A DNA stretch of 58,113 nucleotides from Myxococcota bacterium (GCA_049969675.1 JBMFOP010000004.1:1-58113), one strand, 5' to 3'. Counted from the first letter of the stretch, positions 45,353 through 56,008 are shown. The notes: generated from the sequence alone by a model not told the origin. Made by a program: numbers and translations.

Positions 45353-45987
45353 TGAGAATATGTGAGATATATCAAAGTATTCAGGGAGAGACATATCTGG
45401 CTGGAAATCCTACGACAATTATAAGGACGGCGGGTTGCAATCTCAACTGCACATATTGTGATACAAAATATGCTCTGGAATATGGAAGAGAGATGACAGT
45501 TGAGGAGATAGTTGAGAAGGTTCAAACATTTGATTGGAAGTATGTAATGCTCACAGGTGGTGAACCGTTGATGCAGAGGGAAGCCCTTACTCTGAGTAAC
45601 AGGTTGACTGATCTGGGTTTTATACTCTCTATTGAGACAAATGGCAGCTATGATATCTCCTCTTATTGTTCAAAGGCGATTATTGTAATGGATATCAAGA
45701 CCCCGGATAGTGGATATTCTAATTTCAATAGATATGAAAACATCTTATGTCTGAAACCAGAAGATTGTGTAAAGTTTGTAATTGCCTCTCAAAAGGATTT
45801 TGTCTGGTCAGCAAATATTATGAAAGAGTATAAATTATTAAATAAGACTGAAAATATCTATTTCTCACCAGCAGATGGATTTGTAAGACCAAATGAACTT
45901 GCTATCTGGATACTTGAGGCACATTTAAATGTAAAATACAATCCTAACCTTCATAGATGGATATGGGGAGATGAGAAGAGAAGATAA
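45349..45987 (+). CDS. queE: 7-carboxy-7-deazaguanine synthase (radical SAM)
   Basis: EIYQSIQGE, CNLNCTYCDT, LTGGEPL. Confidence 0.9.
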   Translation: MMRICEIYQSIQGETYLAGNPTTIIRTAGCNLNCTYCDTKYALEYGREMTVEEIVEKVQTFDWKYVMLTGGEPLMQREALTLSNRLTDLGFILSIETNGSYDISSYCSKAIIVMDIKTPDSGYSNFNRYENILCLKPEDCVKFVIASQKDFVWSANIMKEYKLLNKTENIYFSPADGFVRPNELAIWILEAHLNVKYNPNLHRWIWGDEKRR

Positions 45988-46636
45988 GGCAGTAGTTTTA
46001 CTCTCTGGGGGAATGGATTCTGCAACTACACTTGCAATCGCCAGAGAGAGATATAGAGTTGTTGCAGTTCACTTTAACTATCATCAGAAGACTGAGAGAA
46101 AGGAGCTCTGGTGTTTTAATAAGTTGTGTGATTACTATAAAGTGGAGAGGCGGATTGTAATTGATACTGATTTCTTTTTGAATATTGGTGGTTCAACCCT
46201 GATTAAAGGCTCAAAGAGGGTTCCTCTTCCAAGATTTAAGGAGGGTAAGATCCCTTCTACCTATGTCCCATTTAGAAATGGGATTATGCTCTCACTTGCT
46301 GCTGCGATTGCAGATAGATTTAAGGCAAAATATATTTACATAGGGGCAGTTGAGGCAGATTCATCCGGTTATCCGGATTGTAGAATACAATTTATAAAGG
46401 CATTTGAGGATGCAATCAGAAAAGGGACGAGAATTGAGAATTTAAGTATTGTTGCACCACTTATTGCGATGTCAAAGGCTCAGATTGTGAAGATGGGAGT
46501 AAGATTAAATGTCCCATACAAATATACATGGTCCTGTTATAGGTCAAATATAATGCCCTGTAAGAGATGTGAATCCTGTATCCTGAGGGAGAGGGGATTT
46601 GAGGGGGCTTCAATCAAAGACCCATTATTATACTGA
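45971..46636 (+). CDS. queC: 7-cyano-7-deazaguanine synthase
   Basis: VVLLSGGMDSAT PP-loop. C-terminal Zn cysteines SCY....PCKRCESC. Confidence 0.93.
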   Translation: MRREDKAVVLLSGGMDSATTLAIARERYRVVAVHFNYHQKTERKELWCFNKLCDYYKVERRIVIDTDFFLNIGGSTLIKGSKRVPLPRFKEGKIPSTYVPFRNGIMLSLAAAIADRFKAKYIYIGAVEADSSGYPDCRIQFIKAFEDAIRKGTRIENLSIVAPLIAMSKAQIVKMGVRLNVPYKYTWSCYRSNIMPCKRCESCILRERGFEGASIKDPLLY

Positions 46637-46693
46637 TTTGCCCATCTAAATTTTCTATTCTATATCTTTTAAATCTATTATCTTTAATGTAGC

Positions 46694-46965
46694 CACCGCT
46701 GTCCAGAATAATCTGCTTTGAGAAGTTGACATTGAAATTTTCAAAAAAAATTGAATCTGTTCAGGTAATAAATGAGACACTTAAAGTCAGAGATGGATTT
46801 ACTCTATTTGTAAGGTATCTCAGAGACATTGAAATATGTCCTTATATTGAAAGAGATTCTGGTCAAACAAAAAGAGATTTGTAGTTAAACAACTCTTTAA
46901 CCGGAGTGTTTTTATTTAAAACATTCCACTCAATACAAAGAATCTATCAATTTAGGTAGAATTTA
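46694..46965 (-). repeat. Intergenic repeat family, diverged copy C
   Basis: The tail CACCGCTGTCCAGAATAATCTGCTTTGAGAAGTTGAC is the reverse complement of GTCAACTTCTCAAATCAGATTATTCTGGACAGAAGTG in copy A, with 4 mismatches. The body keeps GGAATG..AAATAAA, and the rest has diverged. Confidence 0.65.
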
Positions 46966-47024
46966 TTTGAAATGTAAGAATAATTGTGGCATAGAAAAAG
47001 TGACCCGGGTAGGTTACATAATTT

Positions 47025-49391
47025 ATGTTAGCAGATTTTTCGGATGCGGTTGAAAATTTATTTAGAGAGGCAGAGGATATAGCCAATCAGACTGGGCAGC
47101 AGCTGACCTCGGCACATATACTCCTTGCAGCATATACATTTGAAAACAATCTGAGAACTATTCTTCTAAATCGGAAGATTAGTGAAGATACCATCCTTGC
47201 TGTAATTCAATCAAGGCCTGAAGAGAAGCCAGAGATTATCCCTCAGATAAAGCAGAAGGCGATTCAGACCTCAAAAGGGTTGAAGAATAATGTGGTGGAT
47301 ACTCTGGCTATACTCTGGGCAATACTGAATATTAAAGAATCCCTTGCATATAAGCTCCTTGAGAAGACTCAATCAGATTTTCACGGACTCAGGATGTATG
47401 TCTCACAGTTTGTCAGTTCGGGGATGAAAAGCCCGGTTGTTGAGACCAGAACTGTGAGGATTGAGATCCCGAAGATACCAAATGTAAATGATACAAATTC
47501 CAATCACAGGTCAGATGGCAATACGGCAACTACTACTGAGAAGGAGGAGGTAGCCTCTATTCAAAAAGATAATTCGGGACGGACCGATCTCTGTAAATTT
47601 GAACTTTCAAAAGAGGAATTTCCTATCTTAAATAGGCTTGGGCGAAATATTACATTGGAGGCGGCTCTCGGGAATATTGACCCGGTGATAGGTAGAGAGA
47701 AGGAGCTCTCCGAGATTATTGATATTCTTGGAAAGAGACGGACCAATAATCCGCTTCTGGTCGGCGAGCCCGGTGTGGGTAAGACGGCTATTGTGGAGGG
47801 GCTTGCTGATATTATAGTTAACCAACCTCATCTTGTCCCGGCGCTTGAGAACAAAGTGATTATTGAGCTGAATATGACATCTATTATGGCGGGTACTCAA
47901 TTGAGAGGTGCACTAACAGAGAAGCTCAATGGAATCAAGGAGGAGGTCAAGAAGGCGAAGGGGAGGGTAATAGTCTTCTTTGATGAGATCCATCAGCTTC
48001 TCGGGAATAGTTCTCAGGATCTTAGTGAGGATACAGCAAATTCACTCAAGACTGAACTCGCAAGGGGTGATTTTCCCTGCATAGGTGCAACTACCAATGA
48101 GGAGTTCACAAAATTCTTTGAGAGTGACCCTGCATTTAAGAGGAGATTTCAGGCAGTTCTCGTTCGTGAACCTTCTGTAGATGAGACAGTAAAGATTCTA
48201 AAGGGTATAGTACCACAATATTCGGCATTTCATAAGGTGAGTTATACAGATTCTGCTATTGATGCCGCCTCAAAACTCTCCTCAAGATATATTACAGATA
48301 AGTATCTACCAGACAAGGCTATCTCTGTAATTGACCTCGCTGGTTCAAAGGCACGACGGGAAGGGAAGGAGACTGTTACAGAGATTGAGATTGCGCAGGT
48401 GCTCTCTAAACTTACAGGTATCCCTGTTGAGAAGTTACTCCTTACCGATACAGAGAGACTGCTAAAGATGGAGGAGATCCTGTCTGAGAAGATAATCTCC
48501 CATAGGGAAGTTATATCTCGCATTGCCAGAGTTTTGAGAAGGAACTATGCGGGTATCTCCTCAAGGAGGCCTATTGGTTCATTCTTATTTATTGGACCAA
48601 CCGGCGTTGGTAAGACTGAGATGGCGAAGGTGCTTGCTGACTTTCTATTTCAGAGCGGAGATGCGCTGATCAGGATAGATATGAGTGAATATGCTGAGGC
48701 ACATTCTATTGCAAGATTAATTGGTTCGCCCCCCGGCTATGTAGGTTTTGAATCGGGTGGTGTCCTGACAGAGGCGGTCAGGAAGAAGCCATATTCGGTA
48801 GTTCTTCTGGATGAGGCGGAGAAGGCACATCAGGATGTACTGGAACTCTTCTTGCAGGTTCTGGATGATGGCATTCTCTCCGATGGGAGAGGGAGAAGAG
48901 TGGACTTTACAAATACTATTATTATTATTACAACCAATGCAGGGGCAAATCTATTTTATAAACGGAATTTCACAAAGACTATCGGATTTGGTGGGTCCAG
49001 CTCTCAAAGAGAGGTAACAGATGACGAGATATTTGATGCACTGCGTGATTATTTCCCTATTGAACTCTTAAATCGCATAGATGAGAAATGTGTATTCTAC
49101 CCGCTTTCAAGAGAGGATATAAAGAATATTGCATTTCTAATCTTAAAGGAGATGGCAGAGAGTCTGAGGAGGGAGAGAAGGATTGGTGTTTCGTTTGATT
49201 CATCTGCTATTGAATATGTCCTCAATAATGATGGTTATAATAGCGAGTTGGGCGCGAGACCTTTAAGACAGGCGATCAACCGTCTGATAATCGCTCCCAT
49301 TGCAGAGTCCATATTGAGGGGGGAGATAAGTAGTGATTCTCATATTGTCGTGAAGGCAAATTCATCGGGTATTGTCTTTGAAAAGGGGTAG
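47025..49391 (+). CDS. clpA: ATP-dependent Clp protease ATP-binding subunit, ClpA/ClpC type
   Basis: Clp_N repeats. Two AAA+ modules (GEPGVGKTAIVEGLA and GPTGVGKTEMAKVLA). No ClpB-type long M-domain. IGF tripeptide (KTIGFGG) sits at the ClpP-docking loop position. Confidence 0.85.
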   Translation: MLADFSDAVENLFREAEDIANQTGQQLTSAHILLAAYTFENNLRTILLNRKISEDTILAVIQSRPEEKPEIIPQIKQKAIQTSKGLKNNVVDTLAILWAILNIKESLAYKLLEKTQSDFHGLRMYVSQFVSSGMKSPVVETRTVRIEIPKIPNVNDTNSNHRSDGNTATTTEKEEVASIQKDNSGRTDLCKFELSKEEFPILNRLGRNITLEAALGNIDPVIGREKELSEIIDILGKRRTNNPLLVGEPGVGKTAIVEGLADIIVNQPHLVPALENKVIIELNMTSIMAGTQLRGALTEKLNGIKEEVKKAKGRVIVFFDEIHQLLGNSSQDLSEDTANSLKTELARGDFPCIGATTNEEFTKFFESDPAFKRRFQAVLVREPSVDETVKILKGIVPQYSAFHKVSYTDSAIDAASKLSSRYITDKYLPDKAISVIDLAGSKARREGKETVTEIEIAQVLSKLTGIPVEKLLLTDTERLLKMEEILSEKIISHREVISRIARVLRRNYAGISSRRPIGSFLFIGPTGVGKTEMAKVLADFLFQSGDALIRIDMSEYAEAHSIARLIGSPPGYVGFESGGVLTEAVRKKPYSVVLLDEAEKAHQDVLELFLQVLDDGILSDGRGRRVDFTNTIIIITTNAGANLFYKRNFTKTIGFGGSSSQREVTDDEIFDALRDYFPIELLNRIDEKCVFYPLSREDIKNIAFLILKEMAESLRRERRIGVSFDSSAIEYVLNNDGYNSELGARPLRQAINRLIIAPIAESILRGEISSDSHIVVKANSSGIVFEKG

Positions 49392-50169
49392 TCCTAAAAT
49401 ATTTATCTTTGGTGCTGGCAGGGTGGGAGGAACTCTCTATCATTCTCTATTGAAAAAAGGGATTGATGTTGCAAGGCTCACAAATGGGAGGGCAGGGGAT
49501 AGGAGGTATTCTTTTGAGAGATTCATAAGAGAGATTAATATATTTGATGTAATAATATTATCAGTCCCAGATGGAGAGATTGAGAAGGTTGCATTAAAAA
49601 TTTCTAAATCTGTAAATAAGGTAAATAAAAAAATTATCCTTCATACCTCCGGGACAGTGAGTTTTAAGGCATTGAGTATCCTTAAAAAGAAGGGTTTTAT
49701 CATAGGTTCATTACACCCATATTTCTCTTTCTATCAGATGAGAGATGATGTGACAATAACCGACATTAAATTTACCCTCTTTTGTGAGCAGAAAGACCTT
49801 GTGCAAATTAAGAAGACTATTGAACCTGCTGGTATAGAGCCCGTTTATTTGGAGGACAGGTTCAAGATACCGTATCATATATCAGCGGTATTCGTGAGTA
49901 ATTTTACCGCTCTATTTGTAAGGATTGCTTACGAACTTTTATGTGGGATAGGATTTAATCAAGCCCAATCTGAGGAATTTATATTATCATTACTGAATTC
50001 TACGATATATAATCTTAAGAGATTTGGTATTGACTGGATGATTACCGGTCCAGCCATAAGACGGGATAAGAGAGTCCTTGATATGCACAGGAGATATCTC
50101 AAAGAATTTGAGAGGGATTTGTATAGATTGTACTCTACTGCTACCAGGATTATTCAAAAGATATATTAA
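49372..50169 (+). CDS. Rossmann-fold plus DUF2520 domain protein (putative oxidoreductase)
   Basis: IFIFGAGRVGGTL dinucleotide-binding motif and C-terminal TGPAIRRD motif. The TTG start overlaps the clp gene by 20 nt, so the start is uncertain. Confidence 0.6.
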   Translation: MSLKRGSPKIFIFGAGRVGGTLYHSLLKKGIDVARLTNGRAGDRRYSFERFIREINIFDVIILSVPDGEIEKVALKISKSVNKVNKKIILHTSGTVSFKALSILKKKGFIIGSLHPYFSFYQMRDDVTITDIKFTLFCEQKDLVQIKKTIEPAGIEPVYLEDRFKIPYHISAVFVSNFTALFVRIAYELLCGIGFNQAQSEEFILSLLNSTIYNLKRFGIDWMITGPAIRRDKRVLDMHRRYLKEFERDLYRLYSTATRIIQKIY

Positions 50170-50569
50170 TTTACATACTCCATTGATTAATAGCAACAGA
50201 TTATAATTTAAGTGCCCTGACCTGTGTTATGTATCAATAATTAGCCCTAATATCCCAATTTTTAAGTAATATGATGGTGTGGTTTTTCTATTCTGGGTAT
50301 TTCAAGGTCTATCCACTTTGTTGAGACCTTTACCCTTCTATATTTGCTTAAGTTTATTAGCACATCCATAGGACTATATTCAGACAAAAGGTCACTTTTA
50401 ATCAGGAAGTAATAAATTTTGCAACAATATACACTGGAAAGATAATTGATAAACATCCAAACTTCCAGCGAATAATCATCTCTCATATAACTTCTATCAG
50501 CCTCTAAGGTGTTTTTTGAATTATTTCATTTCTGTTCTGTGTCATATAGGAGATAATAAGAGTTTTATC

Positions 50570-51985
50570 TTAATAATTAACCTGCTTTTTAATATATAGA
50601 TAGAATTCTCTAACTACCCGCCCTCCACGATAGATCTTCAATTTTTGTTGAATTGCGCCGTCTCTATATTTTCTCGGGATATCGCTATATCTATTGTCCG
50701 TAACAAAGATTATGAGTTTGAATCTATCTTCATCTTTGATGTCATCTATTGTAAATTGGTTACACCTCTTCCCCCGACAGGCGGCTGAATATCTCTTATG
50801 TGTTGCAAATGTAAGCTGCCCAGCCATTGTATAATGATTGGAGAGGAGCAGGACATCATCATCTCTTACATTCTCTATTTTAGCGATCTCTTCAATATTC
50901 AGCCTTACTTCTTCCCAGCCGAATAATTCATTTGTAATATCGTATTCTGGTCTCTGATTCTTCAGAATCCCCTCTGTAAAGATCGGTGTGAATAGATGAA
51001 TTAGAAAGAGTGTAAAGATCAGGATATTTAAAATCAATGAGGAAGACAGGATTTTTCTATATGTATTGAGCTCCTTTGCGAAGAATATGGCTGCGGGTAT
51101 GTACGCTATGGATGACCAGTGTGGCTCTGAGTCCTTTACTATAATCATTACAAATCCAGCGATAGATAAGAGTAATAGGAAGAGTTTTAAGAAGATATTC
51201 TCTTTCTGCTCCTTATATATTGTCATCATTTTTGTTGCTATAAAAATTATAAGAATAGGGTTAAAATATAACAGTTGTCCACCGACAAACTTTAAGATAT
51301 TCACCGGGATATATGTGAGATTCATTCTTTTTATTAAATGATATTCCAAGGAGACGCCGCTATGAAAAATATTCCATATTATTACAGGCAGAGATGATAT
51401 AAAGAGGATTGTAATTATCGTCAAAGTTGTTCTCTTCTTAGGTATCTTATTATTAAATAGTATCAATGCATATCCGATTATATTGAATAGGGCGGAGTAT
51501 TTAAAGTTAAATGCAATCCCAAGAAATATCGCTGATAAGATTATATATCTATCTTTTGCCTTTTCATAGTAGAGGTAGAAGAAGAGGATACTGAGTGAGG
51601 AGAAGAATATCAGTGGCGGCTCAGGTGAGGCTGAGACACCGCCAATCAGAAATGCTGGGGTAAGTGGGAAGAATACCATAGAGATTATTGCTAATCTGGT
51701 ATCTCTGTAGTGGATATATGCTATTGTGTAGATTATTATGAGAGAGAGGTTTATCAGTATTGTTGAAAAGAATCTTAAGCCGAATGGATTGTCGCCAAAA
51801 ATATAGGTTGAGAGTCTCAGGAGGAATGCAATCCCCGCAGGGTGGTCAAAATATGAGAGAGATAGATGTCTGGTCCAACTATAATAATATGCCTCTGAAT
51901 CTCCTGCACCCACCTTCCCTATTAAAAGTAACTGGAGTGTTACAATTACAATGAATATCAGAATTGCAAAGAGATGTCTTATCAT
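50570..51985 (-). CDS. GT39/GT83-like (ArnT/PMT family) membrane glycosyltransferase
   Basis: About 11-12 TM helices. N-terminal loop GDSEAYYYSWTRHLSLSYFDHPAG is typical of the ArnT/PMT_2 family. ATG at 51985 is preferred over the upstream TTG. Confidence 0.7.
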   Translation of the reverse strand: MIRHLFAILIFIVIVTLQLLLIGKVGAGDSEAYYYSWTRHLSLSYFDHPAGIAFLLRLSTYIFGDNPFGLRFFSTILINLSLIIIYTIAYIHYRDTRLAIISMVFFPLTPAFLIGGVSASPEPPLIFFSSLSILFFYLYYEKAKDRYIILSAIFLGIAFNFKYSALFNIIGYALILFNNKIPKKRTTLTIITILFISSLPVIIWNIFHSGVSLEYHLIKRMNLTYIPVNILKFVGGQLLYFNPILIIFIATKMMTIYKEQKENIFLKLFLLLLSIAGFVMIIVKDSEPHWSSIAYIPAAIFFAKELNTYRKILSSSLILNILIFTLFLIHLFTPIFTEGILKNQRPEYDITNELFGWEEVRLNIEEIAKIENVRDDDVLLLSNHYTMAGQLTFATHKRYSAACRGKRCNQFTIDDIKDEDRFKLIIFVTDNRYSDIPRKYRDGAIQQKLKIYRGGRVVREFYLYIKKQVNY

Positions 51986-51992
51986 AAGATAC

Positions 51993-52020
51993 AAAAAAAG
52001 GGAGTATCAACTCCCTTTTA
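51993..52020 (-). terminator. Rho-independent terminator downstream of the SCP2 gene
   Basis: Hairpin AAAGGGAGT-atca-ACTCCCTTT (51997-52018). On the minus strand it is followed by a T-run. T-runs lie on both sides, so it may work in both directions. Confidence 0.65.
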
Positions 52021-52043
52021 ATTTTTTAAGAAATAGACTTTAT

Positions 52044-52373
52044 TTATTTTAACAGGTTTTGTAATTTGAGGGCAAGCCCCATATCGCCCTGAATCTTGAG
52101 TTTACCACTCATAAATGCGACCTGTGAATTCATCTTGCCCTGAACCATTGAGATAAAGTCCGCATCATTCATTGTAATGGTACATTTTGCATTGGGATTG
52201 GTCCCCTTTGCAATCTCTCCACCTGGCTTTGTAAGGTCAACATACCATTCTCCACCAGTTGGCCCATTTATCCTGAACTGATATACTGCATTAAGCCTGG
52301 TGACAAGGTCAGGGTTACCTGCAATCTTTGCCTTCATCTGTTCAAAGAACATCTCGGGAGTTAAATCTGACAT
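52044..52373 (-). CDS. SCP2 sterol-binding domain protein
   Basis: 109 aa with C-terminal MSGKLKIQGDMGLALKLQNLL, typical of SCP-2 domains. Confidence 0.8.
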   Translation of the reverse strand: MSDLTPEMFFEQMKAKIAGNPDLVTRLNAVYQFRINGPTGGEWYVDLTKPGGEIAKGTNPNAKCTITMNDADFISMVQGKMNSQVAFMSGKLKIQGDMGLALKLQNLLK

Positions 52374-52485
52374 AATATCCTCCTTAAAGGGTTAATCTTT
52401 TCAGGAGCTTCAATAACACAATGCGTTATAGATGTCAACAATCAAAAATAAACAAGTTTACTTTTCAAATTGTTTTTTGGTAAAG

Positions 52486-53727
52486 TTATTCTTCAGGATA
52501 TTTTTCGGATATATTTTTAATTATATCAAGGGCATCAAAAAATGCCTCTATCATATCAGGGTCAAATTGCTTACCAGATTCCTCCTTAATTGTCGTAAGT
52601 ACCCGGTCTTCGCTCCACGCCTCTTTATAGACCCGTTTTGAGGAGAGGGCATCGTAAACATCGGCAATGGCTACCACCCTTCCGAATGGATGTATCTCAG
52701 TTCCCTTTTTGCCACGCGGTTTTCCATCTACACCCTCGTAGCCTGGAACCGATTTGAGAGTAATCGGGTTTATATGTCCTGGATATCCCATCCCATCCCA
52801 TCTCTCATGGTGTTCTAATGCCACGATATATGATGCCTCATCAAGTTCTGAGAGTCTCTCTGAGAAGAGCCTTGCACCAGAACTTGTATGCCCTTTCATA
52901 ATGTCATATTCCTCAGGAGTAAATCGAGCAGGTTTTTTGAGGATTGAATCGGGGATTGCTACCTTTCCAACATCGTGCAGCATAGCCGCAAGTCTTAAAA
53001 TATCCTTGTTTTTATATATTTGATTTTCTTCAATCCCCTGTCTTTTTGCCCAGACCTCATAAATCTCTACTGAGTATGAACCAACTCTATTTACATGAGA
53101 ACCCGTCTCTTTGGGGTCCCTCAATCCAGCCATATTTATCATTCGGATAATCATATTTCTCGTGAGTTTTGCCCTTTCAATAGCAAGTGCAGCGGCATTT
53201 GCAAAATATATTATGAGGGGTTCATCTTCCCTTGAGAATGGGATTATCTCCCCTCTTGAGTTTTGTGCATTGATTAATTGAAGAACTCCAACAATCGTCC
53301 CCTGCATATTCTTGAGTGGGATGGTGAGCATTGAATGAGTTCTGTAACCCGATATTTCATCATAGGTGCTATCAAAATGGTACGGGACATTTGTGCTCAG
53401 TCTATATACATCAGGTATATTTAGAATCTCTCCAGAGAGTGCCACATATCCAGAAATAGACCTGTTATCAATCGGGATAGAGAATGATGAGAATATAAGC
53501 CTCTTCCCCTTTGGGAGTTTTGCGCTCAGTGTATCGTTCTGATTGGATTTGAATCTAAGTTTGTCATTTTCTACTATGTATATTGAGCCAGCATCGGCAT
53601 TTGTGAATCTACGTGCCTTTTTTAGAATATGGTCCAGAAGCAGATCAAGGTCTTTGAGTTGAGTCAGTTCCTGATTAATCTCTAACAATTCTTTTAATCG
53701 CGCATTTGAATCAATCATAGAACTCAT
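52486..53727 (-). CDS. GAF domain plus HD-GYP domain protein (putative c-di-GMP phosphodiesterase)
   Basis: N-terminal GAF-like region. HD (MLHDVGKVAIP) and HHERWDGMGYPG motifs. Confidence 0.88.
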   Translation of the reverse strand: MSSMIDSNARLKELLEINQELTQLKDLDLLLDHILKKARRFTNADAGSIYIVENDKLRFKSNQNDTLSAKLPKGKRLIFSSFSIPIDNRSISGYVALSGEILNIPDVYRLSTNVPYHFDSTYDEISGYRTHSMLTIPLKNMQGTIVGVLQLINAQNSRGEIIPFSREDEPLIIYFANAAALAIERAKLTRNMIIRMINMAGLRDPKETGSHVNRVGSYSVEIYEVWAKRQGIEENQIYKNKDILRLAAMLHDVGKVAIPDSILKKPARFTPEEYDIMKGHTSSGARLFSERLSELDEASYIVALEHHERWDGMGYPGHINPITLKSVPGYEGVDGKPRGKKGTEIHPFGRVVAIADVYDALSSKRVYKEAWSEDRVLTTIKEESGKQFDPDMIEAFFDALDIIKNISEKYPEE

Positions 53728-53805
53728 ATTATCTATTATATTCAGTCAAATGCAAATAAAAAAGTATCGGTGTTATTGCCACATTTTTATATTATATCGT
53801 AATAT

Positions 53806-53924
53806 CAAATCTGTCCAATATAATAATTTTCGTATGAAAGCCTCGGTATGGTAAAGATTATTTTCACATCTGTCCAAAATATATTTTTTTGATATGGGAG
53901 CCTCGGTAGGGTGGGTTTATTTTG
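53806..53924 (-). repeat. Two tandem ~59-bp units related to the repeat-family tail
   Basis: CAAATCTGTCCAATATAATAATTTTCGTATGAAAGCCTCGGTATGG is followed by CACATCTGTCCAAAATATATTTTTTTGATATGGGAGCCTCGGTAGGG. Confidence 0.75.
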
Positions 53925-53970
53925 TCTATCAAAAAACGCTGAAATGAGGCTCCCTATGAGCAAGTATAGC

Positions 53971-54343
53971 AGCATCTTTGAAAAGATTTGTAAATGGTGT
54001 AAGCAAATTCTAAAAGATATTACAGGGCAGTATATTAGACAAATGCTGATAAAAAGCAAAGTGATTTTAGTTGTTGAGTGCAATAAGTAGCAATATATTT
54101 CTAATTGGTTTACCATACAAGAATATTTTGGAATGAATAAATCCCAAGAGATACCATCAATTGTGCCAGATGTAGCAATTGTAGGGGCTAATGATTATTA
54201 GCCCTTACTTAAGTTGAACAGCATTTTAATTGATAGTGAAGAGAAAGCGGGAAATCTGATTTTGAAAATGTGAATTTATCAGTTTAGAGTACTTATTTAC
54301 AGATAGTTGATTTCTCAACTTAGGTTATTTTGAGATGCAATGT
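53971..54343 (+). repeat. Intergenic repeat family, full-length copy D
   Basis: Collinear with copy A and with the reverse complement of copy B. Contains the hairpin GGGCTAAT-gatt-ATTAGCCC at 54184-54204. The tail has partly diverged (TTCTCAACTTAGGTTATTTTGAGATGCAATG). Confidence 0.85.
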
Positions 54344-54378
54344 TTACGATTGATGTTGAATCAGGACGGGTGTAAAGT

Positions 54379-55911
54379 CTAAGTATTGCCTTTGTTTTGC
54401 AGATTGTATTTTATTAGAAAGATTCCAGATATAAATAAGAGGAGGTAACCCGCAATTAGGATCCAGTGGAGATTCTCTGTAGCACTTATATCCCACGGCT
54501 GGAACATAGAGCCAGATGGTAGAGGTGAATGTATTAATCCAACCATTGTCAGTAAAATCGTTGTCAGGATGATGATTGAGAACCCTCTAATATTTCTATC
54601 AATAATATAGGTCAGCATCGCTCCCCATAGAAGAGATGTTAAAATAAATCCATGCCCTATCATCATTAAAATCTTATGTTCGGATTTTATATTTTCTGGA
54701 ATACTTATATTATTTCCGGATGAACCGATTATTGTATCATAATTGAGCATACCCAGATATCCAATGATTGGGAGTATTGAAAATATTAAAGCCTCAATAT
54801 GCCTTTTATCCGTCTCAATAAATGCCTGTTTAATAATCTCTATCCCAATAAACAACAATATAGGAGTTACCGCTGCCTCTGGAATAATTTCCACGAGTGC
54901 CCCGGTAATACCAAAGATAGAGCCAATCCCGATTGTAAGGGCTGTCAGAATCGTATATCCACCTGATGCACCCATAGATTTGTATGCAGGATGTCCGATA
55001 TAAGGCGTACTCTGTGCAACTCCACCGAAGATCCCAGCAATTAGTGTGGATATCGCTTCAGTGAGTAATATATCTCTCGTGCGATACTCATCACCGGCAA
55101 GCCTTGCGCTCTCCGTTACATTGATTCCTCCTACGATGGTCAATAATCCAAAAGGGATTGCAATTGATATATATTTGATTGCAAGGGGCATACCTTCAAT
55201 AAAGTCGAGTGTGGGTGATGGGAGGGCTATTTCTATTGAGAAATGTATTGGTTTTATTTGATAGAGATTGAAGATTGCCGAGAGATAATAAGTTGTTGTT
55301 GCCAGTAATACAGCGAGAAATGCGGCCGGGATATTAAATGGGATCCTGTACCTCCCTACAAAGGCAAAAAGAATAATTGCCATTGAAATAAATCCGACCA
55401 TAGGGTATGCAAATATCTTCGTTATAGGGAAGAAGCCGAGTAATGCCAATCCAATTCCTGCAATAGGCCCGAGTAGAGCCGCGGTGGGTAAAATTCGTTT
55501 TATATAATCACCTAAAAATGAAAAAATTACCTTTACCACTCCCATAATTACCATTATTGCCATTGCCGTTTTATAAGTAAGCATTGCATCCTTTATCTCA
55601 AGATATAGTGGGCCTATGACCATAATAGCCATCCCGATTGTAGAAGGTGTGTCCAGCCCAAGCGGCATCGCTGTAATATCTTCTCTATTGGTCTTCTTTG
55701 CCAGTTTGTATGCCAGATATGAATATACGAGGTCTCCAAATAGCACACCTATAGCAGTTCCGGGTATCATCTTCCCTATCACAATCTCTTTGGGCATACC
55801 GAATCCACCTATAAGAATGCCTCCTAAAACAACCAGATTTAAGAGGTTGTCAAGCAATAACCCGAAGAAGGCATTGATGTCCCCTATCTTAAAAATTTTA
55901 TATTTGCTCAT
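54379..55911 (-). CDS. Polytopic permease, possibly of the NCS2/AzgA-like (xanthine/uracil permease) superfamily
   Basis: 510 aa with about 13-14 TM helices. The family call is tentative and rests on overall organisation plus the segment STPYIGHPAYKSMGASGGYTILTA. Confidence 0.4.
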   Translation of the reverse strand: MSKYKIFKIGDINAFFGLLLDNLLNLVVLGGILIGGFGMPKEIVIGKMIPGTAIGVLFGDLVYSYLAYKLAKKTNREDITAMPLGLDTPSTIGMAIMVIGPLYLEIKDAMLTYKTAMAIMVIMGVVKVIFSFLGDYIKRILPTAALLGPIAGIGLALLGFFPITKIFAYPMVGFISMAIILFAFVGRYRIPFNIPAAFLAVLLATTTYYLSAIFNLYQIKPIHFSIEIALPSPTLDFIEGMPLAIKYISIAIPFGLLTIVGGINVTESARLAGDEYRTRDILLTEAISTLIAGIFGGVAQSTPYIGHPAYKSMGASGGYTILTALTIGIGSIFGITGALVEIIPEAAVTPILLFIGIEIIKQAFIETDKRHIEALIFSILPIIGYLGMLNYDTIIGSSGNNISIPENIKSEHKILMMIGHGFILTSLLWGAMLTYIIDRNIRGFSIIILTTILLTMVGLIHSPLPSGSMFQPWDISATENLHWILIAGYLLLFISGIFLIKYNLQNKGNT

Positions 55912-56008
55912 CTTTTACTCCTATGGCTATTCTTATCCTTTTCGCTCATATTTGATATTGCTAATATTTTGCTAAATGATTTTCAATAAAAAAATTCACC
56001 CAAATTAC

